A DNA stretch of 64,000 nucleotides from Spirochaetia bacterium (GCA_963675665.1 OY776510.1:2816001-2880000); one strand, 5' to 3'. Shown: positions 28,944 through 39,800, numbered from the stretch's first letter. Numbers and translations are program-made. Notes: generated by a model from the letters alone, not told the origin.

Positions 28944-30002
28944 ATGGACAATCAGAAAGCCAATACGGTATTTCTCGGAGTAATCGCAGTAGCAGCGGCA
29001 ATAGCAATCCTGAAAATCGCCAGTTCTGTAATGCTTCCAATTTTTTTCTCTGTTCTGCTTGCGTTCACACTTTCTCCGGTTGTAGACGGGCTGATGAGGG
29101 TCAAGGTGCCCAGGGGTATTTCAATTGCTCTTGCCATGCTGATTCTTTTCGGTATCGGATATCTGGTTGGATTGTTTCTGATTTCAAGCATAAACTCATT
29201 TATAGAAGAAGCCCCGAAATATTATAAACGGTTTGAAGAAATAACAAGTCAGATTTCCGGATCGCTTAATGCGAGTTTCTCAATGGAATTGCCGGAGAAT
29301 CCGATGGCAGAACTTAATCTGACTTCCACTTTCATAGGTTCAATAAATGCCATATCACAGAATTTTATGTCTTTTATAAGCGCGCTTGTTATTGTAATTC
29401 TGTCTACAATATTCCTGTTGCTTGAATCGCCCTATATTCAGGTGACTATCGCCAAGGCATTTCCCCGAAAAACCGGCAAGCGTATTGTAATAATAATGCG
29501 CCATACCATAAGACAGATCGGACGATATCTGTCGGTAAAATTTATCGTCAGCGCTGCAACCGGCGTGCTTGTGTGGTTTTTTCTCCAGATAATCGGGATG
29601 GATTTCGCCCTTATCTGGGGGGTTATGGCTTTTATTCTGAATTTCATTCCGAATATAGGGTCCGTTATAGTAATGGCTGTTACGATAATAATGGGATTCA
29701 TACAGTTTTTCCCTCTGCCGGGACCGATTATTGCGGTGTTTGTGTCAATGATTGGGGTGCAGGTTGTAGTGGGCAACTTTTTTGATCCGAGGATGCAGGG
29801 GCGCAGACTGAATCTTAGCCCTATAATAATAATCTTTTCCCTGTTCTTATGGGGATGGATGTGGGGCCCGGTCGGCATGTTTATCGCTGTTCCCATCACC
29901 GCCGTTATAAAAATAATCTGCCAGAATATTCCACAGCTTAAACCCCTGTCCATGCTTATGGAGAACGGCCGCAAAGTTCTTAAAGGCCGGAAATTCTTTT
30001 AA
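28944..30002 (+). CDS. AI-2E-family transporter
   Basis: Hydrophobic; 'FILNFIPNIGS', 'GNFFDPRMQGRRLNLSP', 'WGWMWGPVGMFIAVP'. Confidence 0.9.
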   Translation: MDNQKANTVFLGVIAVAAAIAILKIASSVMLPIFFSVLLAFTLSPVVDGLMRVKVPRGISIALAMLILFGIGYLVGLFLISSINSFIEEAPKYYKRFEEITSQISGSLNASFSMELPENPMAELNLTSTFIGSINAISQNFMSFISALVIVILSTIFLLLESPYIQVTIAKAFPRKTGKRIVIIMRHTIRQIGRYLSVKFIVSAATGVLVWFFLQIIGMDFALIWGVMAFILNFIPNIGSVIVMAVTIIMGFIQFFPLPGPIIAVFVSMIGVQVVVGNFFDPRMQGRRLNLSPIIIIFSLFLWGWMWGPVGMFIAVPITAVIKIICQNIPQLKPLSMLMENGRKVLKGRKFF

Positions 30003-30078
30003 ATATACCTCTTTGAAAGTAGAATATTTTTAAAAGGTTCCCTTGTTTAAAAGGGTCTTCATCGGTATTATATCACCC

Positions 30079-31146
30079 ATGGAAAGAAAACGAATACTTA
30101 CCGGTGACAGACCAACCGGAAAACTGCATCTGGGTCACTATGTAGGTTCTCTTAAGAACAGGGTCAAATTGCAGGAGGAATACGACTGCTTTTTTATAAT
30201 AGCTGATCTCCATATGCTGACTACCAAACCGGATGCGGATGCGATTGCTCAAATTGGGCAGAATGCCAGGGATATGGTGCTTGATTATATTGCCTGCGGA
30301 ATCGATCCGGTGAAATCAAAGATATATCTTCAGTCCGCAATACATGAAGTATATGAAATGAACCTCTTTTTTGAAATGATGGTAAGCGTGCCGCGTCTTC
30401 AGCGGATGCCCAGCATAAAGGATATGGCGAAGGCCGCCAATATAAACGAAATGCCGCTGGGACTGCTCGGCTATCCGGTTCTACAGGCTGCCGACATTCT
30501 TATGCCCCGGGCAAATCTGGTGCCCGTAGGAAAAGACAACGAGGCCCATGTTGAGCTTACCCGTGAAATTGCAAGGCGTTTCAACAGCATGTACGAAGAA
30601 GTTTTCCCGATACCGGATGTTATGGTAGGGGATGTGCCTACGCTTGTAGGCACCGACGGAGATGCAAAAATGTCCAAGTCATTGGGAAATGCGATTATGC
30701 TGTCGGACGATGAAAAGACCGTAATTAAAAAAGTCCGGGGAATGTATACCGATCCGAACAGAATAAGAGCCGATATCCCGGGCAAGGTAGAAGGCAATCC
30801 CGTATTCATCTATCATGATATTTTCAATACTGACAAAGCTGATGTTGAAGATTTAAAATCCCGGTACCGGCAGGGCAAGGTGGGTGATGTTGAAGTTAAA
30901 GACAAGCTGGCTTCAGCCATAAATGCATTTCTTGATCCGATGCGGGAGCGCCGGTCGGAGTATGAATCCAAATCGGGGTTTGTAGAAGAAGTACTTTTCG
31001 ACGGAACCATGGTTGTACGGGAAGAAGCAAGACAGACCTTATCAGCAATGAAAAAGGCCATGGGGCTGACGGGGGTCTGGAATTCAATCAGCCGGAAGGC
31101 CGAGAAAACAAAGAAAAACCGCGAAAAAGAATCGGTTCAAAATTAA
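30079..31146 (+). CDS. trpS: Tryptophanyl-tRNA synthetase
   Basis: [13 protein letters not shown] (HIGH), [21 protein letters not shown]. Confidence 0.96.
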   Translation: MERKRILTGDRPTGKLHLGHYVGSLKNRVKLQEEYDCFFIIADLHMLTTKPDADAIAQIGQNARDMVLDYIACGIDPVKSKIYLQSAIHEVYEMNLFFEMMVSVPRLQRMPSIKDMAKAANINEMPLGLLGYPVLQAADILMPRANLVPVGKDNEAHVELTREIARRFNSMYEEVFPIPDVMVGDVPTLVGTDGDAKMSKSLGNAIMLSDDEKTVIKKVRGMYTDPNRIRADIPGKVEGNPVFIYHDIFNTDKADVEDLKSRYRQGKVGDVEVKDKLASAINAFLDPMRERRSEYESKSGFVEEVLFDGTMVVREEARQTLSAMKKAMGLTGVWNSISRKAEKTKKNREKESVQN

Positions 31147-31218
31147 AAATTTACTGGAAGTCGGGGCTTCTATGTACTACAATTATACATAGAATATGGT
31201 CTTGATTTGGAGGGTAAA

Positions 31219-32295
31219 ATGAAAAAGTTTACCGTTTTATTGATAATAATGCTTCTTTTTACAGGAGCAGTTTCTGTAACAGCCGAAGAAGTCCCGGCTG
31301 AACTTCTGAATACGCTTGTCGGAGCAATGGAGTCTGATTTTGAACTGCTGCTGGACGGACTTGGAAATGATATCGACACAATTTTGCTGCAGAACTCAAT
31401 TTCAGGGCTGAATATCGGGCAGGCTGAGCTCGGCAGTGAACGGTTCAATCATTTTTATATAGGTCTGCCGGCATTGGGAGCTACAGTCGCCAACGGATTT
31501 TTGACGTTTCGAAACGACGACGATTATTTTGAGCTTTTGAACCTTAACAGTCTGCTGGAAGAGATGATACTGGATAAGATTTATGAATTGGCCGGATCGG
31601 AAAGAGAAACCCTGATCGACACTGCGCTTGACAAGGCTACGCCTATTCCCGGCATCAAGGGCAATTTCGGAATTGCATTACCGGCGGACCTTGAGATTCT
31701 GTTAAGCTTTACAGGCGTTCCTGCAGCGGCAATGGACATTCTTGCGGAAAATGTGGATCTTCCGGGAGGCCTCTCAATGTCTTACTTTAACATCGGAGGA
31801 GTTCTCAGGTATGTTCTGCTGCGCGACAGTAATCAGACCCCGGGAGTATCAATTGGCCTGGGCGGCGCATATAATAACCTGACACTGGATATGGATATCG
31901 GAGATATGCTTTCCGGAATGCTCCCTGAAATCCCCGGCGATGTTAATCCGTTTGAAGATGCTGCCGTCAGTATCGGGGCAAAGACAACTGCTTTCGGTCT
32001 GGATTTTGCAATGTCAAAAAAACTCGCCGTATTTGTTCCATATTTTAAGCTGGGAGCCTGGTATACAATAACCAACGTCGGCGGAGAAGCTCTTTTGATG
32101 AGCGACGACACAACTACTACGGACAAGAATGAAGAAGTTGCTATTAATAGCCTCACAGGGCATAATGATCTTGATTTGCTGGTTTCCAGCGGGTTTGATT
32201 TAATGCTTGGACCATTCTGCTCAAATATCGGCGGAGATTACAATCTCAGCAGCGGAGTATGGAGCGTTAGCCTCGGTTCAAGGCTGCAATTTTAG
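31219..32295 (+). CDS. Hypothetical exported protein, probable outer-membrane beta-barrel
   Basis: Signal peptide; alternating amphipathic strands in the C-terminal half; ends 'VSLGSRLQF' (BAM-type terminal Phe). Confidence 0.55.
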   Translation: MKKFTVLLIIMLLFTGAVSVTAEEVPAELLNTLVGAMESDFELLLDGLGNDIDTILLQNSISGLNIGQAELGSERFNHFYIGLPALGATVANGFLTFRNDDDYFELLNLNSLLEEMILDKIYELAGSERETLIDTALDKATPIPGIKGNFGIALPADLEILLSFTGVPAAAMDILAENVDLPGGLSMSYFNIGGVLRYVLLRDSNQTPGVSIGLGGAYNNLTLDMDIGDMLSGMLPEIPGDVNPFEDAAVSIGAKTTAFGLDFAMSKKLAVFVPYFKLGAWYTITNVGGEALLMSDDTTTTDKNEEVAINSLTGHNDLDLLVSSGFDLMLGPFCSNIGGDYNLSSGVWSVSLGSRLQF

Positions 32296-32313
32296 TCTAA
32301 TACTGTGCTATAT

Positions 32314-32355
32314 AAAAAGGGGCTGACTGATAATTAAATCCGGTCAGCCCTTTTT
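32314..32355. terminator. Bidirectional intrinsic terminator
   Basis: AAAAAGGGGCTGACTG...CGGTCAGCCCTTTTT between convergent genes. Confidence 0.8.
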
Positions 32356-32384
32356 GTATATACCCCACTTTATACAGGCTTAAG

Positions 32385-35123
32385 TCATTTCTCCGTCCGG
32401 CAGGGGCAGGAGAAGTTGTATTTTCCCGAGCCCAGCTTTATAACAACATCCTCTCCTGTACGGTTTATTGAAAACTGATCCCTGCTTTGAACGGTCCGGA
32501 TATCAGTATCACTTATGTCGGTTCCTGCAGCCCCCCGTGGAAGCGTAAGTGAGGCAGTAACTCCCGGTGGAATGAGAATGGAAATTATAATCTCACCGTT
32601 TACAATCTCCCAGCCGCATTCAGAGCGTCCGTACGGAGTCTCATGCCAAGCTGACGCACTTTGAAGACTTCCGCCCGGTTGTGGCTTCAGTTTAAGCCTT
32701 TGAAAACCGGGTCCTTCCGAACCCAGGCCAGCTATAGTATCAAAGAACCACGCACCAACCGCACCGGGAGAGTAATGGTTGAGCGAACTGAAGCCGATGC
32801 GGCCATCGGCTTTAATGACATCCCAGCTCTCCCAGATGGTTGTTGCCCCTTTCTCCACTTCGTAGAGCCATGAGGGAGCTTCCTTCTGCATCAGGAGCCG
32901 ATAAGCAATGTCGGGATAACCGGCCCGTGTAAGTTCATGACAGAGGGAAGCAGTGGCAAGGAAACCGGTCCCGATATGATAACCGTTTTTTTCTACGAGT
33001 TCAGCAAGCCGGGCGGCAGCCTGCTTCCGCTTCTGCTCCGGGAGAAGATCGAACGCGAGGGCACGGACATAGGTTGCCTGCCTGTCCGGTCGGAGCCGCG
33101 AACCGTCCTTGCAGGAGAACTCGTCCGTCCATGCGGAGGCGCTCTTTTCTCTCACCTCTTTGTAGCGTCTGGCATCCGCTTTATTACCGAGAATTTCCGC
33201 CGTAGCGGCGACTATTCCGCATGTGTAGGAGAGATATGCTGTGGCTACGGAGGGGCGGGAAAAGACCAGATTCACCAGAACATCAGCTGTCCGATTTTCA
33301 CCGGGTTCCAGCCACTCGCCGAAATGGAAGTCCCTGTCCCAGATCCACCGGGCGTCACCCGTGCCGCGGAGGAGCCGGCGGATAGAGAACCTTCGGGACC
33401 AGTGAGGTTTACCGGACCGGGAAATCATGTAGTCAGCCCAGGCTTTCATTGCGGGATAGAAGCGTTCAAGAATTCTTTCATCGCCGTAGAATTGATAAAG
33501 CACCCGGGGAATAATCGCTACGGCGTCTCCCCAGCCTGCGGAAATGGCGATCCCGGACAAGAATCCAAGGTTTATAGCGGGAACAATAATCGGTACGGCC
33601 CCGTCCGGCCTCTGGTCCGCTGCCACATCGTCCAGCCAGCGGGTTAAGAAACCGGAGATATCTCCGATGTACGAAGCAGTAGATGCAAAGATTTGAGCGT
33701 CGCCTGTCCATCCCGCACGTTCTCTCTGCGGGCAATCTGTAGGAATTTCCAGGAAATTACTCTTCATGCTCCAGGTAATATTATTGAAAAGCCGTTGAAG
33801 ATCGGGATCGGAGCATGTAAAGGAGCCGGCGTCTTCGAAGTCTGAGTAGACGGCTATACCCTCAAAGTCTCCTTCACGGATATCCCGGGAAAATCCTTCA
33901 ACAAGTACAAGTACGTATCGAAAGCCGTGAAAGGTGAAATGCGGCTCGTACACTTCTTCGGCTCCTCCTTTAAGGATATAACATACTTCCTGGAATGTTT
34001 TTTTCCTGGACATCACCAGATTTGACAGGGTGAAATTACCATTCTGGTCAAGGGTTTCTCCATGTATGAGCCGGACCGATGAGCCAGCAGACCCCGAAAC
34101 CCTAATCTTTACCCGGCCGGCAAAGTTCTGGCCCATGTCCAGAACTGTTTCGCCGTTCGGGGTGAACAGGACCTGCGGTGAAAATCTCTCCCTTCTGCGC
34201 ACAGGCGGACCGGCACCGGCAACAAGCCTGTCCATCGGAAATTCAATCTCCTTCGCCGGGTTCCAGGAAGAATCGTCAAAGCCTGTTTCATTCCATCCGG
34301 GCATCTCGAGCCGGGCATCGTAGATTTCGCCTTCAACCATATCGGATTTCAGGATTGGACCGGTACAGGCGCGCCATGGATTTTCGGGATGAATCCATTC
34401 GGCTGTCCCGTCTTCATATTCCACTCTCAAACAAAAAAGGAAGGCCAGGTCTGTGCCGAATGTGTTCCGTCGGCCAAAGGGTCCTGCCTTGCCCCGAAAC
34501 CATCCGTCGCCGAGAACGGCTCCTACTATATTGTCTCCGATCCTAAGCATGTCCGTTATATCGTATACCTGATACCGAATGCGCTTTCTGTAGCTTGTAA
34601 ACCCGGGGGCAAAAAGACAGTCGCCTGTGATGCTGCCATTAACGTACAATTCATAAACGCCGTGAGCTGATGCATAGCCCCGGACCTTCAATACAGGCTT
34701 CGCGGGAAAGGTGAACAGAGCCCTGAGGTAGGGACAGGGGTTGAACCCTCCGGAATGTTTATGCTCCTCCGGGACAATCCACTTTACTGCGCCCCAGTCT
34801 GCATGATTGAGGATGCCCATCTCCCAGGACGCCTGTTCGCTCCATGGCCCTTCGGTGTCCGCCTCATCCCATACCTTAACCTGCCATGTCAGGACCTGGA
34901 AAGACTGTAGCGCCGGGCCGCTGTAAACAGCGCCGGGCCGGTTGGAAGGTTCTTTAAAGCTGTCCCAGACGGTTTTGTTCCCTTCCTGAACCAGGATCCG
35001 GTACGCGCTCTGGGCCGCCAGACGACGATCCGAACGCAGGTGCCAGGCCAGAAGCGGATTAGAATCATCAATTCCGATTGGATTCACTTCGTAATTGCAG
35101 CGTAAATGGTAAATATCCAACAC
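32385..35123 (-). CDS. Glycoside hydrolase family 78 (alpha-L-rhamnosidase-like)
   Basis: 'SAHGVYE', 'DMGQNFAG', 'FTFHGFRY', 'PTDCPQRERAGWTGD', 'GATTIWESW', 'SLNHY'; no signal peptide. Confidence 0.93.
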   Translation of the reverse strand: MLDIYHLRCNYEVNPIGIDDSNPLLAWHLRSDRRLAAQSAYRILVQEGNKTVWDSFKEPSNRPGAVYSGPALQSFQVLTWQVKVWDEADTEGPWSEQASWEMGILNHADWGAVKWIVPEEHKHSGGFNPCPYLRALFTFPAKPVLKVRGYASAHGVYELYVNGSITGDCLFAPGFTSYRKRIRYQVYDITDMLRIGDNIVGAVLGDGWFRGKAGPFGRRNTFGTDLAFLFCLRVEYEDGTAEWIHPENPWRACTGPILKSDMVEGEIYDARLEMPGWNETGFDDSSWNPAKEIEFPMDRLVAGAGPPVRRRERFSPQVLFTPNGETVLDMGQNFAGRVKIRVSGSAGSSVRLIHGETLDQNGNFTLSNLVMSRKKTFQEVCYILKGGAEEVYEPHFTFHGFRYVLVLVEGFSRDIREGDFEGIAVYSDFEDAGSFTCSDPDLQRLFNNITWSMKSNFLEIPTDCPQRERAGWTGDAQIFASTASYIGDISGFLTRWLDDVAADQRPDGAVPIIVPAINLGFLSGIAISAGWGDAVAIIPRVLYQFYGDERILERFYPAMKAWADYMISRSGKPHWSRRFSIRRLLRGTGDARWIWDRDFHFGEWLEPGENRTADVLVNLVFSRPSVATAYLSYTCGIVAATAEILGNKADARRYKEVREKSASAWTDEFSCKDGSRLRPDRQATYVRALAFDLLPEQKRKQAAARLAELVEKNGYHIGTGFLATASLCHELTRAGYPDIAYRLLMQKEAPSWLYEVEKGATTIWESWDVIKADGRIGFSSLNHYSPGAVGAWFFDTIAGLGSEGPGFQRLKLKPQPGGSLQSASAWHETPYGRSECGWEIVNGEIIISILIPPGVTASLTLPRGAAGTDISDTDIRTVQSRDQFSINRTGEDVVIKLGSGKYNFSCPCRTEK

Positions 35124-35140
35124 ACTATTCTCCTGAAAAA

Positions 35141-36502
35141 TTATTTTCGCGGCAACTTATTGTGTCGCCTGATCAACTCTGTGTTAACTTCGACCAGCTT
35201 TTCTCCGGAAATATCGTACCCGACAGCAAATATTATACCGGCCAGCAGAATTATGGCTGCCGGAACGGCCAGATTGGAAACAATTATTCCCTTCAGCGCT
35301 GAATCGGGTTGAACAGTAGAAGCCCCGTCAAAGCAGGTAGCAGCCAGGATATAACCCGGAATTGCTCCGCCGATTCCCTGAGAAAACTTTGTGGTAAATG
35401 AACTCAATGAGGCTATTGCAGCTTCAACCCTTATATTTTTTATATATTCAACGTAATTGGTATTGTCGGCCTGAATGGAATACATCAGGACCAGAAAGCC
35501 GCCCATCCCGAACCCGTATACTACTGAAGCGATAGTCGCCGCCCGTACAGATTCCAGCGATACAAAACGAATAAGCAGCCCAAGCGCCATGAGTATAAGG
35601 CAGGAAACAAAGACAGCTTTTTTGCCGAACCTGTTTATCCAGAGTTGCGATGTAAGCATTGCGGGTATGATCCCAACCATAGAGGCAAGCATAACAATGG
35701 ATAATTTGCTTAAATCTCCTATAATATAGCTGAAATAATAGGTATTTGTAGTATTGTACATCATCAGTCCTATGCTGCCGATAAACATCGACAGGAAGGT
35801 AAACAGGACGGGTTTTATCGAGAATATCCGGAAGATATCCTTGAATTTATATTTTTCCGAATCATTTTTTTGTGCGGCAACATGCTCCCGTACAAGCAAA
35901 GCGCCAACGACAGAGAAGAAAATTACAAAGGCGACAATACTGAATATAAGTTTATAGTAAGCGTTGATCGAACCGGACGCTACGGCAATTGGGGCCGTAA
36001 CATTGAAAATCATGGCTCCTACCATATAAAAGAAGCCTTTCAGGGTTGATAATGAATTTCGTTCCTTTAAATTATCGGTCATCACAGGAAGCAGGCTGTT
36101 AAGAGAAATATCCATAATTGGGAAAGTTATTCCGATTAGTAAATAGGATATATAGACGATCAATAGCTTGATCCCGGGCATCCATATGGGCCCGAACCAC
36201 AATAAAAGATAATTTAAACCGCATATGACTGCACCAAAAATCAGTGACCTTCTGAATCTACCCATTTTGCCTACGGGTGTATGATCAATAAAGTAACCGA
36301 CCAGGGGATCGTTAACTGCATCAATTATCCGTGCAATCAGGAAAAGCGTGGCAACCTGCGCGGGTTTCAGACCAACTACATTTGTATAGAAAATCATTAA
36401 AAAAACACTGATGAAAGTGATGACGGGGATATTTCCCAGGTTTGCCATAATAAATCCCAATTTCTCGGAAAATTTTATCTTTCCTTCTGTTACTGCCGTC
36501 AT
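35141..36502 (-). CDS. GPH-family MFS sugar/glycoside:cation symporter
   Basis: 'LFLIARIIDAVNDPLVG..IDHT...GRFR', about 12 TM segments. Confidence 0.9.
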   Translation of the reverse strand: MTAVTEGKIKFSEKLGFIMANLGNIPVITFISVFLMIFYTNVVGLKPAQVATLFLIARIIDAVNDPLVGYFIDHTPVGKMGRFRRSLIFGAVICGLNYLLLWFGPIWMPGIKLLIVYISYLLIGITFPIMDISLNSLLPVMTDNLKERNSLSTLKGFFYMVGAMIFNVTAPIAVASGSINAYYKLIFSIVAFVIFFSVVGALLVREHVAAQKNDSEKYKFKDIFRIFSIKPVLFTFLSMFIGSIGLMMYNTTNTYYFSYIIGDLSKLSIVMLASMVGIIPAMLTSQLWINRFGKKAVFVSCLILMALGLLIRFVSLESVRAATIASVVYGFGMGGFLVLMYSIQADNTNYVEYIKNIRVEAAIASLSSFTTKFSQGIGGAIPGYILAATCFDGASTVQPDSALKGIIVSNLAVPAAIILLAGIIFAVGYDISGEKLVEVNTELIRRHNKLPRK

Positions 36503-36630
36503 CTTATTTCTCCTTATTTTTTACCGTCTGTGTTTTTACAGCCTCAACAAGTGGATTATAAGGGTGGGACTTTCTTCCGGGTAATGACCATTTCCGTATT
36601 GTTCATGACTTATTCCGTGCTATACTTATT

Positions 36631-37797
36631 TTGTCTATGACAAACGAAGAACTTGACAGTTTTCTGAGATCCTCAAGCAAGTACGATAATTGTCTTCGCT
36701 GTATCGGGAAGAATGTGTCATTAGGCTCCGGCATGAGGTTTGAAGATGCAGCTTTAATTGCAGCCGCCTTTTCTTCTGAAGCGGCTTTGCCAAGATCCCG
36801 TTTCTACTCAATTCCGGTTCCCAAAAATAACCTAATTGAACTTTTTCGGAAATCTTCCATCGTGTGCGACGAGAATCTGTTGATACCCCGAAACCGGGGA
36901 TTCACCTTTTCCATTCATCCCCGCTTTTTCAAAGCCGGTATAAACCACCGGCACAACTATATTGAGTTCGTATATGTATATTCAGGTTCTATCACCCAGA
37001 ATGTCGGAAATCTTTCGGTTACTCTGGAGGAAGGTGATGCCTGTATACTCGACACGATAACCGAACACTCCTTCGGCTTGGCAGGCGAAGGCGATATTAT
37101 AGTGAACTGTCTTATCAGAAGAAGCTATTTCAATACTTCGATCCTGTCCAAACTGGCGGGAGAATCGTTTCTCTCACATTTTATAATGGAGACATCATTC
37201 CGCGGATACGGCTCCGTCGGGTATTTGATGTTCAGAACCGGTAAAGATGCAGCCCTGCGCGAAGCAATACAAAGGGTTCTGCGTGAACATTTCGATCCCG
37301 GTCCTTTTTCCGAACTTATCCTGGATTCGGGGCTTAATATTATTTTCGCGGAACTGGCCCGTATTGGGGTTTCAGGCGAACGGGACGGAAATCCAGGCTC
37401 CGACGAATACATTGCTCCGGGGATAAAAGGCCGGATTCCGGATATTCTCCGTTTTATCCGTACCGGCTGTGCGTCAGTCAAATTGAGCGATGCAGCAGAA
37501 TACTTCCATATCAGCCCTGATTACCTGAGTGCTGTCCTCCGTAGGACATTGGGAAAGGGCTTCATTGATCTTCTGAAAGAGGCCCGCCTTGAAAGAGCGG
37601 CCGTTATTCTGATAAGTACGGATGCTTCTGTTGAGTCTGTTATTCACGAAGTCGGTTATGAGAATGTTCATTACTTCAACCGGATTTTTAAAGAGAAATA
37701 CGGCAGTCTGCCTTCTATCTACCGGCGATCATCCGGGAATAGACTTTCCCGGAATACAAGGGTTAAAACCTCAGACCCTTCTTTGGGCTTAAAATAG
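36631..37797 (+). CDS. AraC-family regulator
   Basis: Cupin HRHNYIEFVYVYSG; C-terminal double HTH '...VGYENVHYFNRIFKEKYGSLPSIYR'; divergent from MFS-GH78. Confidence 0.9.
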   Translation: MSMTNEELDSFLRSSSKYDNCLRCIGKNVSLGSGMRFEDAALIAAAFSSEAALPRSRFYSIPVPKNNLIELFRKSSIVCDENLLIPRNRGFTFSIHPRFFKAGINHRHNYIEFVYVYSGSITQNVGNLSVTLEEGDACILDTITEHSFGLAGEGDIIVNCLIRRSYFNTSILSKLAGESFLSHFIMETSFRGYGSVGYLMFRTGKDAALREAIQRVLREHFDPGPFSELILDSGLNIIFAELARIGVSGERDGNPGSDEYIAPGIKGRIPDILRFIRTGCASVKLSDAAEYFHISPDYLSAVLRRTLGKGFIDLLKEARLERAAVILISTDASVESVIHEVGYENVHYFNRIFKEKYGSLPSIYRRSSGNRLSRNTRVKTSDPSLGLK

Positions 37798-37859
37798 AAT
37801 TATAGTCAGTTGCCGTGGATACATCCGTAAATTGTTTCTTTTTTATATTTGAGGCATCT

Positions 37860-38210
37860 TTATTCCGATTCGGGAACCATATTAAAATACTGATAATCTG
37901 CAGGTCCGTAACACCACAGAAGAGAAGGCCACCATACAAGAATTCCCAGGACAAGGTTTACCGGCTGTATTGTCTTTTTTAATGAAGAATGTCTTGTAAT
38001 ATATCCGTCTTTTTCAAGTCTTATATCGGGGTCTTCCCATATGCCGTTGCTCAGTCTGACGCTGGCAGGAACAGTTCCTTCGGGCCTTCCATCGATGAAA
38101 AGTTCTGCTCCGACTGCGTTTGATTCAATCGTAACATTGGTATACGAAACGCATCCTGAGAGAAACACAACAAGCATAATTATACTAATGGTACGAAAAG
38201 ATTTTTTCAT
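37860..38210 (-). CDS. PEGA-domain lipoprotein
   Basis: Lipobox LSGC; 'VTIES..GAELFIDG..GTVP...IRLEKDGY'; GGAGG RBS before ATG 38210. Confidence 0.8.
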   Translation of the reverse strand: MKKSFRTISIIMLVVFLSGCVSYTNVTIESNAVGAELFIDGRPEGTVPASVRLSNGIWEDPDIRLEKDGYITRHSSLKKTIQPVNLVLGILVWWPSLLWCYGPADYQYFNMVPESE

Positions 38211-38285
38211 TATTCCTCCAGATAACAACCCCCGTACGGGGGAGTGTTATCCTATTCTATAATTGAAAATGGTAGTTGTTCAACC

Positions 38286-38315
38286 AAAAAAAAGCCGCCT
38301 CCCAGAGGAGGCGGC
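38286..38315 (-). terminator. Intrinsic terminator closing the four-gene FecR operon
   Basis: GCCGCCTCC-caga-GGAGGCGGC followed by T8 on the minus strand. Confidence 0.85.
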
Positions 38316-38336
38316 AGATATAATATCCTGGTAATT

Positions 38337-39788
38337 CTATTTCCAGAGGTCCGCGTCAGCGGCATTTACAGCAGTAACACCGTAGTTCCCTGCGATATAA
38401 AGGATATCTCCGTTCCAGTCAAGACCGGTTACGGCGCCCGTCAGAAGTCCGGATACGGGAAGGCCTTCGTTGAAAGCTATAGATGCAGTTACTATCGAGC
38501 CGTTAACTTCCTTTAACAGAAGCAGTTCAAGCGGCGTTACACATGCGGTGTAATTATCTCCGCATGCGATCATCGATACGCGTTTGTTCTGTGCTGCTAC
38601 AGGTACTGCATCAGGTTTTAACATGTCGGAGATATTCTCCGAAGCTGAAGCCTTGTACAGACCTTTGTCGGTTCCGATAAACAGGCTGCTGCCGTCCGGA
38701 GTATCTATATCCAGAACAGCTCTTGCGTCAAGCGGATCGCGTCCGGTAACAAAGTCTTCGAAAAGCTCAAAGATCGCATTCTCATCCGTTCCGAGATCAA
38801 AACCTGTATCGGTGAAATCAAGTTTGATCCTGAAATTCCCGATTTTGGATACCATGTATACCCATAAAGATTTTGTTTCGCCTGCCGATTTATTTATTAC
38901 CGTAATGCCTTTAATAACCTGACCTTTCAGTGGTATTCCGGCATCATCCAGAAACGGTTTTAAATCAACGGGCTTCCATTCATGAAAACCTTTTTCATAA
39001 TCCTGGGCTGAAAGTATAAGTCCGCCTTCGGTGTGTCCTACTATCAGCTCAATCTGTTCGGTGTCGTCCCAGAAAACATCCGCTGAAAGAATATCAACTT
39101 TATTGTTAAGTTTGGTGGCAAGACCGTCTGCAAAGGCGTCATCGTAAGCGCCGTTATAAGTAATAAATCCTTCTCCTGCGTTGTGAGCGCTGCTGATAAC
39201 CGCTTTGTCCTGATAACCTTCCGTAACACTGTTGAAGGTGAATCCGGCGGGAGCGGCCACAGGAGTACGCGAAGTTCCGTAGTAGAGGTATTTGCCGTCT
39301 TCGCTGATCGTATAAAATTCACCGTCGACGACAGCTATGCCGTTGTAGGTGTCTCCTGTTGTGTAGGAAGCAATCGGTGTTATTCCGCGTTCGCCAAACT
39401 TCACCTCGGTTACCGGAGCTTCTGTCGCGGTTCCGCCGGTTACTGTAACTTTACCGTTAAAGGTCCGGTCCAGCACGAACGTACCGTCGGTTTTTTCCGT
39501 TCCGAGCGATATAAATATTTTATATACCGGTCCGACAGGAATTTTATAAATCTCTATTGCCTTGTCTGCGCCGACTTCCTGGTAAGCATATTCACCGAGG
39601 TTAACAGGTGTAATTGTGCCTTCAGGAAAAAGCCAGATTTTGGCCCATGACCCTACACCTTTTGAAACAACAGATGAAAGGTCTATACTTACATTTTCCG
39701 CATCTTCAACCATCATGGCCCCGCATGAGGAAAAGAGCAGTATTATAGCGGATATAAGCAAGAAACCGGTTAATTTCATTTTTTTCAT
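38337..39788 (-). CDS. Hypothetical lipoprotein (Ig-like N-terminus, beta-propeller-like C-terminus)
   Basis: Lipobox FSSC; blade-like motifs 'SSLFIGTDKGLYK' and 'GLDWNGDILYIAGNYGV'. Confidence 0.6.
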   Translation of the reverse strand: MKKMKLTGFLLISAIILLFSSCGAMMVEDAENVSIDLSSVVSKGVGSWAKIWLFPEGTITPVNLGEYAYQEVGADKAIEIYKIPVGPVYKIFISLGTEKTDGTFVLDRTFNGKVTVTGGTATEAPVTEVKFGERGITPIASYTTGDTYNGIAVVDGEFYTISEDGKYLYYGTSRTPVAAPAGFTFNSVTEGYQDKAVISSAHNAGEGFITYNGAYDDAFADGLATKLNNKVDILSADVFWDDTEQIELIVGHTEGGLILSAQDYEKGFHEWKPVDLKPFLDDAGIPLKGQVIKGITVINKSAGETKSLWVYMVSKIGNFRIKLDFTDTGFDLGTDENAIFELFEDFVTGRDPLDARAVLDIDTPDGSSLFIGTDKGLYKASASENISDMLKPDAVPVAAQNKRVSMIACGDNYTACVTPLELLLLKEVNGSIVTASIAFNEGLPVSGLLTGAVTGLDWNGDILYIAGNYGVTAVNAADADLWK

Positions 39789-39800
39789 CGCTTATCCTCC

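Noticed and set aside
30003-30078. T-box leader for trpS
   Set aside because: The intergenic region is only about 75 bp and has no GGTGGxACCGCG T-box motif.
32661-35302. Numerous + strand ORFs (up to 236 aa) opposite GH78
   Set aside because: Shadow ORFs caused by high GC; the same applies to the antisense ORFs over the fab, cyclase, PGM and dapL genes.
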